A stretch of DNA of 64,000 nucleotides, from assembly GCA_000004985.1 (NCBI GenBank), contig GG738858.1. One strand, given 5' to 3'. Both the position numbers and the translations under genes were made by a program. Below the pieces are notes generated by a model, which worked only from the letters and a program-made list of their open reading frames with translations, did no database searches and had not been told where the DNA came from. This document shows positions 10,201 to 20,457 of the stretch, in pieces (position 1 is the first letter of the stretch; every line of letters begins with the position of its first letter). This DNA is from Naegleria gruberi (lineage: Eukaryota).

Positions 10201-12732
10201 ACAAGAGATTTGTCTTTGAATCAAATTGAAACTACAGCAACAACACTCAATTCTGCTGCTGACCAAGATACTAAATCCCTAAGAGAAAAACTTTCAGAAA
10301 TTCTTATAGCCAAACTTAATGGTCAATCTTCTTCGACAAGTCAAGCTATTTTGAGTATTTCTCAAAAACCTTCAGATATCACTGCTAAAACTTCTCAACT
10401 CCTTGTTTCTGGTGTTACAACTTTGGGAGGTAATCTCAGATCAATTTATGCAGCAGGTGGTGAAGCAGATAAAATAGCTAGTGCCTTGACTGGTTCATTG
10501 TCAAACATTGTTGACAACAAGAATATTACTACAAATGAAACCAATAAGGATATTACCAATTCTTTGGCTTCTATCTCAAGAGAACTTGCCAAGATTTTAC
10601 TTCCATCCCAAACCTTGTCAATCAGCTCTAATAATTTCAATATCCTTGTTTTTGGATCTTCCTCTACAAAATCCAGTAATTATACTATTGAAGGATCATC
10701 AATTGGTACTCCTGACAACTTTGATGAATATCTTTCTGGTGCCACTTCATCACTTAACTCTGCCTCTAAGGCCTATGGTGTTGAACTTGTCTACTACAAA
10801 TCTTCATTGTTTGAATCAGTTGGAAAAGCCTCTAACAGTACAAGATCTAGTAATATTTTATCATTTGTTGTTAGTGCCTCCACATCATTTGGTAGTGAAA
10901 GTAGATCGACAGTTTCTATCAAGGGATTGACGAAACCTTTGGTGTTTACATTTACTGTAGCTAATGGTTCTACAAATGGATTCGAATGTAAATTTATTGA
11001 CGAAATTAATAATTATTGGAGTACAGATGGTTGTTCCTCTTTGATCCTCAATGACAACACTGTACAATGTTCATGCAATCACGCAACTAAATTCTCTACA
11101 TTCAGATTATTTACTCAAGTTGTATCCCAAGAAGAATATCTTGGAAGTACTGGTATTAGAATTGTCAATGTTATTTTTGGTGCTATTTATTTCTGTCTAG
11201 CTGCTTTGGTGTTCATTGCTTTGATTATTCTCAGAAACATCAATCCTGTAAGATCAAGATACATTGGTCCTTACATTGGTTTGATTGCAATTATGGTTGA
11301 CTCATTGATCATTTCATTCATCCAAAATATTGTAGTTTTATCTTTGGATAAGGGTATATCCAATTCAACTGCCGATATTGCCAATATTAGAAGAATCAGC
11401 GACGGTTTTAACTATTTCAATGTAATCCTTGTCATTCCTCTTTACTTGACCGCTTTCTTCACTTTCTTGGTCCAAATTGTTAGATACTTTATCAAGAGAC
11501 ACATGTATGAATTCATGTCAAATAAGGTTCTTTTCAATGCTCAAATTTATAGAGCTATTACTTCCAAGATTGCCTTTTGGGTTACCTTGCTTTCTTCTTT
11601 GGCAATAATTATGGCTTATTACACCATTTGGGTTGGTTTGGGAGGAGGAAATGTTTTCGTTGTTAGTACAAACACTGCTCAACAAGATAAGGAAAGAATG
11701 ACATTTACATATATTACTTCCCTTTCCTACTTTGGTCTTGCATGGATAATTGCTATCTGTATGGTTGTTATTGCAGCTTGGGATCTTTTCTACATGAATC
11801 GCCATTTATTCACTTCATGTTGTTATTCTCAAGAAGATTTGTTGAAGAAATCCTCTAGCAATCTTAATCAAACTAGAAATAGAGTTGAAAAACTTCTCAA
11901 TATGTTATCTAGAACAAAGAAACAAAAAGTTCAACTTGGAAAGTCTGCATGGTTGACTGTCCCTCAAGTTTACTACTTTACCGATGACAATTTATATTTC
12001 AGATTGGAAATTCACGTCTTTATTACAGCCTTTGTTTTCCTCACCATCAACTATCTTGCTGGTATTGCTGATATTTCAGTAATTTCAGTTGGATTAACCA
12101 ATGCTGGATCCCGTTTGGCTCCTCAAATTGTTTCCCTAATTGCTGGTATTCTCTACACATTCTGTTTGATTGCTGCTTTTGGTGGTGTGATTGTTGTCTC
12201 TTACCTTACTGAAAGACGTAGAAAGCAGTACCATAAGGATGTAGCTCCTCAATCAAAGATGGATGAAGATGAATTGAACATTGTATTGAGTGATAGATTT
12301 GGTAAACCATTGTTTGTTGAATTCTGTCAAAAAGAATTCTCACTTGAAGTAAGTTTTGGAAATTTTAATTTTATTAACACATTTAAATAGAATGTTTATT
12401 TCTATGATGCAATTACTGATTTCCTTAGAAGTGCTGATTCTAAATCAGATGCAGATGTTAAGAATTCCATTTCTGACATGTTTGAAAAGTATATCAAGAC
12501 TGGTTCTGAATATGAAGTCAACTTGCCTAGCGCCTCAAAGAAGGCCTTTATCACAACACACGAGTGTTCACAACCATCCTCCAAGATGGTTAAGGATATG
12601 TTGGACAATGTAATGATTTCAGTCATGTACAATTTGAAGGATACTTACAGTAGATTCTCAATGACTGAAGAATACAAGCTCTACCAACAAAGTAGAGACA
12701 ACATCAGTATGTTGGAAAACAACTTCTTGTAA
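7204..12732 (+). CDS. Adhesion-GPCR-like receptor with a C-terminal RGS domain, about 1.83 kaa. Exons 7204..12348 and 12391..12732; 42-nt intron 12349..12390 (GTAAGT..AAATAG, phase 0).
   Basis: N-terminal signal anchor. RCC1-like repeats (YVWGNNTNGQLGNS, IYGIGSNEKGQLGRS). Three EGF-like Cys patterns (CGGNGICADTDYCICSSGFIGQFC, CSNRGSCIGVDNCQCASPFTGNQC). GPS motif WSTDGCSSLILNDNTVQCSCNHATKFSTF immediately before 7 predicted TM helices. The RGS box starts in exon 1 (FVEFCQKEFSLE) and continues in exon 2 (NVYFYDAITDFL...EYEVNLPSASKKAF...KDTYSRFSMTEEYKLY). The unspliced read-through hits TAG at 12388. Confidence 0.75.
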
Positions 12733-12914
12733 ACAAGCAATTAAGAGTTAATAAATCTAAATTTCATTCAATAAATGTTAAGCAATGAAATTGTGACTAA
12801 CAATCTAACACACTCGAAATTTGGCGCCTAAATTTTCCGTTTTTTAAATTTGAAAACAAAACGTTAACATAAGTTTCCCGCCAATCATCTTTAAACAAAA
12901 CAACAATCAAAAAA

Positions 12915-15047
12915 ATGTCCACACTCACGCCAAACAACTACTTGAAGCGTAAGCGAAGTGATGAAAACTCACCAACGGACCAAGAGAATGTAAATCCTAA
13001 CAAGAAGACTAGTAAAATCCCAGTACTAAAACACTCTAATAGCTCCTCCTCTCTCAACTCATCAACACTTTCCACCAACAAAACCACACCAGTTAAACCA
13101 ACCTTACCAACAAGAACCAATTCAATCCGAGCAAATGCCACTTCTAAGATTAATATGCCAAAGCCTACATCTACACCTTCCACTAGAGTCTCACACTATC
13201 AAAAAACTACACCAAATAGTACAAATCCAAATGCCAGACAATTCGGTTCTGTCTCTGGTAGAATGCTTGCTCCAGGAAGAACAACCCAACAACAACAGCA
13301 GCAACAACAACAACTTCAACAACAATCGAAGGTTGAACTTGAACAAACCAAGTCTCAACTTTCACTTGTTTCCGAAGAAAATAACCACCTCAAGACTAAA
13401 ATCGATGAACAAACCAATCAACTCAAAGATTTGGGTCAGTTAGAAGAAAGAACAAAGTTCCTCTCCACTCAAGCAAACAAATTCCAAGAAGAAAACTTCC
13501 AATTGAAGTCTACAGTCACATCCCAAGAAATTGAAATTAGTGCCATGAAAGGTGTTCAAGAAAGATTACAATCTGATAATATTGATTTGAGAGTTAAAGT
13601 CAGCTCTTTGGAAAAGGAAGTCTCAATGGAAAAGAAGCAAGCAGAAATGGACAAGGCCACCATTAAAATTCAATACGAAAGTGAGCTTAGAATTCAAAAA
13701 GAAACATTCGAACAGCAAATTACTGAAATTACTGAAATTAAGGATAAAGAGCTTTCTCTCACTAAAGACAGACTCACTAGGGAAATTACCAAGTACAAAA
13801 CTGATTTGGAAAAGACTCAATTTGACTTGAGCTTATCAGTTGAAGATGCCAACTCCAAAGCAGAAAAGATTAGATCTCTTGAAGAAATTATCAGACAACA
13901 AGCAGAAGATATCAAATCTCTTGAGAGTAAGAGACATAAGGATGAAAATGAAAGAAGAAGATTACACAATCTCATTCAAGAACTTAAAGGTAATATCAGA
14001 GTTTATTGTAGAGTCAAGCCTGCCCAAAACTTGAAATGTATAGATTATCCAGAAAATGATGTTGATGAAAGATCCATCAGTGTTCAAGAGGAATCCAGAA
14101 CATCTGCAACTGGTGCTTCAGTTGATGGCAAGAAGGCCTTTTTCGAATTTGACAAGGTATTCAAACCAAACTCAAAGCAAAGTGAAATTTTCCACGAAAT
14201 TTCTCAACTTGTACAAAGTGCACTTGATGGTTTCAAGGTTTGTATCTTTGCCTATGGTCAAACTGGTTCTGGTAAGACTTTTACTATGGAAGGTCCACCA
14301 AGAGATGTAATCTCAAAGCTTGATATTGAATCACAAAAAGAAGTTGTTGGTATGATTCCAAGAAGTGTTGACCAAATCTTTGAATCAGCTGAAAGACTCA
14401 AAGAAAGAGGATGGACTTTCTCAATCGTTGCTAGCTTTGTAGAAATTTACAATGAAACTATTAGAGATTTGTTAGACTCCACAACTAAGGACAATGTAAA
14501 ACATGAAATTAAGCATACTAAAGATGGCTCTACATCAGTAACTGGTATCAAATACGTCAACGTTTCTGGTCCACAACACGTTCAAGATTTGTTAAAGATT
14601 GCTTCCAAGAATAGAGCTGTTGCAGCAACTCAATCAAACGATAGATCTAGTAGATCACATTCTGTCTTTACTTTGCAAATTACAGGAAGAAATGATATCA
14701 CTGATCAAACAACTCAAGGAGCATTGAATTTAGTCGATTTGGCAGGTAGTGAAAGAATTGGTACCAGTCAACCAGCTAACGGTGAAAGAGTTAAAGAAAC
14801 CCAAAACATTAATCTCAGTTTGACATGCTTGAGTAATGTTGTAAATGCTCTTTTGAATAAGTCATCACATGTTCCATACAGAGACTCTAAATTGACCTAC
14901 CTCCTTCAAAATTGTTTAGGCAAAGATGCCAAGACTTTGATGTTTGTTAATATTGACCCAGATAATGTAAATGAATCTCTTCAATCACTTCGTTTTGCTG
15001 CTAAGGTAAATTCATGTGAAGTTAATGCCTCAAGAAAGGTAAAGTAG
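12915..15047 (+). CDS. Kinesin-14 (C-terminal motor, Kar3/Ncd/KIFC type), 710 aa, single exon.
   Basis: N-terminal Ser/Thr-rich and coiled-coil region. Neck IRVYCRVKP. P-loop GQTGSGKT. Switch I SSRSH. Switch II LVDLAGSE. Motor at the C-terminus. Confidence 0.9.
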   Translation: MSTLTPNNYLKRKRSDENSPTDQENVNPNKKTSKIPVLKHSNSSSSLNSSTLSTNKTTPVKPTLPTRTNSIRANATSKINMPKPTSTPSTRVSHYQKTTPNSTNPNARQFGSVSGRMLAPGRTTQQQQQQQQQLQQQSKVELEQTKSQLSLVSEENNHLKTKIDEQTNQLKDLGQLEERTKFLSTQANKFQEENFQLKSTVTSQEIEISAMKGVQERLQSDNIDLRVKVSSLEKEVSMEKKQAEMDKATIKIQYESELRIQKETFEQQITEITEIKDKELSLTKDRLTREITKYKTDLEKTQFDLSLSVEDANSKAEKIRSLEEIIRQQAEDIKSLESKRHKDENERRRLHNLIQELKGNIRVYCRVKPAQNLKCIDYPENDVDERSISVQEESRTSATGASVDGKKAFFEFDKVFKPNSKQSEIFHEISQLVQSALDGFKVCIFAYGQTGSGKTFTMEGPPRDVISKLDIESQKEVVGMIPRSVDQIFESAERLKERGWTFSIVASFVEIYNETIRDLLDSTTKDNVKHEIKHTKDGSTSVTGIKYVNVSGPQHVQDLLKIASKNRAVAATQSNDRSSRSHSVFTLQITGRNDITDQTTQGALNLVDLAGSERIGTSQPANGERVKETQNINLSLTCLSNVVNALLNKSSHVPYRDSKLTYLLQNCLGKDAKTLMFVNIDPDNVNESLQSLRFAAKVNSCEVNASRKVK

Positions 15048-15472
15048 AGAGTGGATCCTACTTTATTTATAAAAAATTAATTTATTAACTATTGTTTTTG
15101 GCTAATGAGTAATAACTTGTCCTTGTACACAGATAATATAACTAATGAACCTGTACAATATTAGCCTTCAAATCATCATTACCAAGATAACAAGTTTGTG
15201 TGCATCAATTTGATTGAGTTGCTGCAACAAGTGCACTTGCATAGAAAGTGTGAAACCTTGATGGTACCAATTAAAAATGAGGTTGATGATGGCTGGAAAC
15301 ACTTTAAAAAATACAACAACATCCCTCCCGCGATCACGCCGGTGCAACAAATTCTTCATCATCAATTTCCATCTAGAAAATCTGAGTAAACATTGTATGT
15401 TTAATTGTATAACCTTAGATTTATAATATTAATAATAATTTATTGTATTTTTAAAATTATAGTATATCCATC

Positions 15473-17071
15473 ATGACTGAATTAACACCACAACAAATTA
15501 GTGTCAGCTTTGTTACTCAATATTACTTTATTTTGTCATCAAATACTAAAAACCTTTTCAAATTTTACAAGACCGAATCTGAGATGACTCATGAACACTC
15601 AACTGTTGTTAAGCAATTACCCGGAAATATTAATCCTAATGCAGCAGTTGGAGTTGATAATATTGAAAAGAAGATTTCAACCCTAGGCTATGAAGAATGT
15701 AAAGTCAAATTGACCTATGTTGACTCACAACGCTCATTGAATGGAGCTGTTTTTGTTTTTGTAGAAGGTGTTATGACAAGACAAGTTGACCAAAAGGAAA
15801 TGAATTTCACTCAAACTTTCCTTTTGGCTGAACAAGAAAATGGATACTTTGTTAGAAATGATTATCTTCGTTTCATTCCTGATACATCTAACATTCCAAC
15901 CACTGTTCAAGCTACTCAAAGCAATCCTCCACTTGCTGAATCATCAACCACTGCTTCTGTTTCCAGCACTTCAAGCAGTGAACATCACTCTAAATCACAA
16001 AATGGTCATCAATTATCCTTCTCTCTTAATCCATCCACTGTTAACATTGTTTCCTCTACTACCAACGGTTCTCACTCTCCAAGAAGTGAAGCCAGTTCAA
16101 CTGCTGCTACAGCTGGTGCCAGTTCTGTTTATGGTGGAGCAGAAGAAAATCAATTAGATGATGAAGCTGAGGAAGAAGAAATTACAGTAGTTGAAAAGCC
16201 ACAACAAAATCAACAACCAACTCAAGCTAAATCAACTACTAGTGTACCTGCTGAAAATAAGGAACCACACGGAACAATTTCTTATGCTGCTGCTGCTAGT
16301 GGTAGAGATTATAAGAATGAATCATCTGAACAAACTCAACCAAAACACAAGTCTGGAAAGAAACACAACAAGGAAAATAAGGAACACAAGACTGAACAAC
16401 ACAAGACCGAAAACAAGGAACACAAGACTACCACTGAACAACAACAACACAATAAGGAACACAAAGAACACAAGGAACACAAAGATCACAAAGAACACAA
16501 GGAACATAAGGACCACAAGAATGAACATCATAAGAATGAACACAAGAAACCAGCCACTGCTCCAGTAACTGGTGAACAAAAGCAAGTATCAGCTGAAAAG
16601 AAGGAAAAGACTTTCCGTGGAAAGGATCATCCACTTAATAAGCATGCTATCTATGTTCGTGATCTTCCTGTTGGCACTAAGGATAGTGATTTGAAGGAAG
16701 CTTTTGCAGCTTATGGTAGCATTATTGATATTAACAACAAGTCTGGTAAGGATCAATCATACAATAAGTATGCTTTGATTTTCTTTGAAAAACAACAAAG
16801 TGTTGATGAAGTATTGAAGAATCCAGCTGTCTCAATCAATAATCACCAATGTCCAATCACAAAATACCAAAGAAAGCCAAAACAATACCCAAGAACTCCA
16901 AACCAACCAACATCTACAACCACCACCAGTACACCAACAAAGACTGAGACCACTACTACTCCTGTCACCAATAATACTCAACAACCACGTAATAATAATA
17001 ACAATAATCGTGCTCCAAGACAAAAGTATACTCGTGCCACCAGTAATGAAAGTGAATCAGAAAAGAAGTAA
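15473..17071 (+). CDS. G3BP/Rasputin-like RNA-binding protein: N-terminal NTF2-like domain plus a C-terminal RRM, with a Lys/Glu/His-rich (KEHK)n repeat linker.
   Basis: NTF2-like FVTQYYFILSSNTKNLFKFY. RRM IYVRDLPVGTKDSDLKEAFAAYGSIIDI...YALIFFE. Intervening KEHKEHKEHKDHKEHK repeats. Confidence 0.65.
   Translation: MTELTPQQISVSFVTQYYFILSSNTKNLFKFYKTESEMTHEHSTVVKQLPGNINPNAAVGVDNIEKKISTLGYEECKVKLTYVDSQRSLNGAVFVFVEGVMTRQVDQKEMNFTQTFLLAEQENGYFVRNDYLRFIPDTSNIPTTVQATQSNPPLAESSTTASVSSTSSSEHHSKSQNGHQLSFSLNPSTVNIVSSTTNGSHSPRSEASSTAATAGASSVYGGAEENQLDDEAEEEEITVVEKPQQNQQPTQAKSTTSVPAENKEPHGTISYAAAASGRDYKNESSEQTQPKHKSGKKHNKENKEHKTEQHKTENKEHKTTTEQQQHNKEHKEHKEHKDHKEHKEHKDHKNEHHKNEHKKPATAPVTGEQKQVSAEKKEKTFRGKDHPLNKHAIYVRDLPVGTKDSDLKEAFAAYGSIIDINNKSGKDQSYNKYALIFFEKQQSVDEVLKNPAVSINNHQCPITKYQRKPKQYPRTPNQPTSTTTTSTPTKTETTTTPVTNNTQQPRNNNNNNRAPRQKYTRATSNESESEKK
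16345..16548 (+). repeat. Coding imperfect tandem repeat (aag gaa cac)n and variants, encoding His/Lys/Glu-rich KEHK units.
   Basis: Direct reading: ggaacacaaagaacacaaggaacacaaagatcacaaagaacacaaggaacataaggaccacaag. Confidence 0.6.
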
Positions 17072-17721
17072 ACCTAAAGACATTAGAAAATGGCTGAAAT
17101 TAAATTGTAAAAACAAATGTAAACAAAATCAAAGAAGAAACAAAATTTTGCAGAATTAGGACTAATTCTTTTCGAAAGTAAATCATTCAATATTAATTTT
17201 CTCTATTTCCTTTGTTCTAAAGCTTTGTTCTAAAAATCGTTCCAAATCATACTGAAATTCACATTTGAACATTTCAAAAATAGAATACCATAATATTGTG
17301 AATATTAAAAGTAAATTACATGTTAGGGATGGGAAAGTCCTATTGTGAATGAGGCATGTAGTGTAATTCTAACACCACGATCAGCTCATTTATCTGAAGT
17401 GTTGGTGGCGTAACTCCATCCATGCCTTTTTACATCTGCAAAACTTTTTCTTTTGGTAAGCAAATGAGTTTGTTTTATTGAGGGCACATGTTTTCAAAAT
17501 TAAGACAAGAAACCAACAATCAACACGAACCAATACAACGACACTGGTGGAAATTCTTGAGAAAAGGTTTTCAGGCATAATTGAGTCAACTACCACAACA
17601 CTGCCTTGGAGTTTGGCTAATTTTAAAAATGCATGGGGCAATCCGGAGTGCCCTGTCTGTAGGGTATTGTCATTGTATTGAATAACTGTGATATCTGAGA
17701 TATTTCCAAATAAAGAAGGTA

Positions 17722-18865
17722 TTAAAAAATATTCGAATATTTTATACAAGCTCCTAAATGTATGAGAGCAAGCTGTAGAATTGATGTAACTGAGTCAGGT
17801 GATATTTGAGTTGTTTCCACCATTTCATTAAAAATTTGAATAGCATCTCTTCCTCTTCCATTTTTACCCAATCCATGAATTAAGGTAGTCCAGAGAGAAA
17901 CATTAATCTTTGATCTACTTTGAGATTTGAGAGTATTAAATGTCAACAGTGCTTTTTCTATTTCTCCAAACTTGGTAAGCATTCTTAATAACACGTTCAT
18001 AGCATTTACATCATTATTCAATTTGTTATTGTTCAAAATATTATCGAACAAGTTCATTCCTATCGCTTTGTCGTTTGATCGTATACATGCAGAAAGAAGT
18101 AAAATATTAATGGATGGATTATCTTTGATTCCAATAATAGTATTCATTAGTATGAATACTTTATCAAAATTGTTTTTCTTCAGAGATGCTTTAATTAGAC
18201 GTCCATAATGACTTACATTTGGGTTAATATTAAACCTATCCTTCATAGAATTAAGCAACTCTTCTGTTGATTTAATATTTCCAGAACTTGCATAGGCATC
18301 CTAAATTTTTAGTATGGTTGCTTCATTAGGGTTTAAAAAGTATGAAATAGCTCAAAAGCTCTGTTTGTCTTATTGTTCTTTACAAAACCTGAAAGCATGT
18401 TATTCCAAGAGACAATATTCTTCTCTTTCATTTCGCAGAAAATAGAATAGGCAATATCTGGTTTTGAGTAATTACAATAAAATGATATTCACTCTCGAAC
18501 ACTTCTGGAAACCCACAAAGTTGTCTCAAAGTAAAATTCCATGTTATTTTTATCTTTCCCTTGTTTTTTTGTTTCCTTATCAATGATATCAAATCTTTAC
18601 AATACTCCAAAGGTTTCATATCATTGCTTTTAGAATTGATAGCTGATATCATTGAAACTACCAAAGAAATAGAAACATCGCCTTTTTGCTTTAGGATTTC
18701 ATACATTTCCAAACATTGTTCCTAATTATACCCTTCGGAAGGTTTGGGATGTTTTTTGAATTGATAAAGTGCTTGATCTAATTTTTTCTCTTCCACCAAT
18801 TTCCTAACTGTTGTGTTGTATAGTGAAGAAATAGATAATGTTGTTAGATTCCGAAAGCTAATCAT
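17722..18865 (-). pseudogene. Pentatricopeptide-repeat (PPR) protein gene with a disrupted reading frame: two in-frame TAG codons and two -1 shifts at homopolymer runs. Pseudogene or low-quality sequence. A possible degenerate DYW-like tail lies downstream in another frame (17390..17749).
   Basis: Clear PPR motifs in three successive frames: VSWNNMLSGFVKNNKTNRAFELFHTF, NPNEATILKI*DAYASSGNIKSTEELLNSM, VSLWTTLIHGLGKNGRGRDAIQIFNEMVETTQISPDSVT. The frames rejoin if t5 becomes t6 and a3 becomes a4. The TAG codons fall at GYN*EQCLEMYEIL and KI*DAY. Confidence 0.5.
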
Positions 18866-19006
18866 TTCTTTTATTCAAAAATAATTTAACCCATGTAAAC
18901 AATTTGAATTCATTATTGGTGGATATTGTTTGAGAAGATTTGAAATCTAGTTCATTATTTGGAGGTAATTTTAAGGATTCAACATTTCCTAGTTTTACAA
19001 TAAAAA

Positions 19007-19124
19007 GACTACAGCACCACAGGTTCCCAAGTTGTCTCCAACCTCAGTACTGATGTGGCTCGACGATGCTTAACTTCTCAAATCGGACGGGATGAGGTGC
19101 ATTCATCGTGATATGGCCGTAGCC
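19007..19124 (-). rRNA. 5S rRNA: 5S ribosomal RNA gene, about 118 nt, with a downstream T5 Pol III terminator.
   Basis: Reverse complement reads GGCTACGGCCATATCACGATGAATGCACCTCATCCCGTCCGATTTGAGAAGTTAAGCATCGTCGAGCCACATCAGTACTGAGGTTGGAGACAACTTGGGAACCTGTGGTGCTGTAGTC followed by TTTTT. This matches the universal 5S consensus (GCCTACGGCCATACC...CCCGATCTCGTCTGATCTCGGAAGCTAAGCAGGGTCGGGCCTGGTTAGTACTTGGATGGGAGACC...GGGTGCTGTAGGC). Confidence 0.85.
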
Positions 19125-20457
19125 ATTCAATACCTTAATCTGCCTCCTTTCAACAATCTCGGGAAAAGCAAAAGATTAAGTTAAATCCTTCATTCTCAAT
19201 TTTAAATAAACATCAACTCTATAAAAGCATTCAATATTAACTGCCTCGACTCTTTACAATGAATATTCAAACAAACTATCTTCTTTCCATAAAAAAATAA
19301 TAATATCAATTATTATTTCCAAATTCCGTAAAAAGATATGAGTCTAGACTTTTCAGTGCATTTACAATATGTGTGATTGTAAGAGAAACTACCAATTTCG
19401 TACTTCCTAAAGTTAAAATCGTTGTATTACGATATGAATCTAACTGTAAATCAGGCGGCAACAATATTGGCAATATTAAGCAACATACAAAGAATCCAAA
19501 TAAATCGGTTTGAACTCTTGATAAAGTTACGGTATTGAAGAAACACAAAGGTTGTATTTCATTGCAATCAATTTCATTATCCATTAATCATATCAAAGAG
19601 TTCGATATTAAATATTTATCTAAGGAATGGGTAGTGGCTATCAGATACTACATATTTGTATAATTTTTGAATATTCTTTTTGTTAAAGGGTTTTCACGAG
19701 TTGAATCTTTTTAAGACGGTGCAGTCCAGAAGGCAATATTTTGCTACCCACCACTGATAGAGATCTTACACCACTTGCTACCAATTTGGACTTTGATTAC
19801 GGTTTTGGCTAAGATCTCCGCCCGTCATCATGTTGAGAAGACAAAAACAACAAAAAGTGTTGTGTTTTACAACAACTTGAAACCTCCAAAACCAATATTC
19901 ATTCACTGTATTGCTGTTAGTTTAAATAAGATATTCAAAGTATTGGTGTTGAAAGGTTAATCTTCATCCCTACCTATTGAAAACATACATTTCCGCACCA
20001 AGGTATTCCAAACCAAAACCAAGAACCGAGAAAGGTTGTTTGTTTTTGAAATTGTTCCAAGGCTTTTTCCCTGATAAATTCACTTGAACAAGCGTATCAC
20101 AGTACACGCTCCAAACAACAACCAAAAAAATAATACCACCAAAACTCAGACTTTGTAGTAGCAATCAATCGCTGGGCAATATTAGTGTTGTTGGTCATCC
20201 GTTGAGACGAGAGAGGGAAACAGCAGCATCATAATTAATCTCCTTGCTAAAACTTACATAAGATTGACCATAATCTTCATCATCTTTGTATTCTACAAAA
20301 TACACATTTTATCATCATCAAAAACAGTAACTTTTTGATTCTGTTATCATCATTAAATAGACCAATTTCATATTGGATATTATTGTAGAATAGTATTATA
20401 TAGATAATTGTTATTAATCTATCACTTGATCCTAATTTATTTAATTTAAATCTATCA

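Noticed and set aside
7373-10930. Several 60-160-aa ORFs in alternative frames inside the GPCR gene (7373, 7772, 8039, 8549, 9251, 10508 plus; 8407, 10446, 10885, 11518 minus).
   Set aside because: They are nested in a 1.7-kaa ORF with clear domain content. They are hydrophobic or low-complexity off-frame products of AT-rich coding DNA.
12402-12632. 76-aa minus-strand ORF and 85-aa plus ORF (12356..12613) overlapping the RGS exon.
   Set aside because: The RGS reading frame gives a canonical RGS box that continues from exon 1. The others are off-frame.
16322-16634. Minus-strand ORFs (87 and 68 aa) antisense to the KEHK repeat.
   Set aside because: Repeat-derived, Leu/Phe/Val low complexity. 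The sense frame is part of an uninterrupted 532-aa gene.
19797-19816. 17 of 19-nt identity to the U2 snRNA 5' region (acggttttggctaagatc versus cggccuuuuggcuaagauc).
   Set aside because: The essential branch-point-pairing GUAGUA and the downstream stem-loops are absent. At most this is a fragment, or chance similarity.
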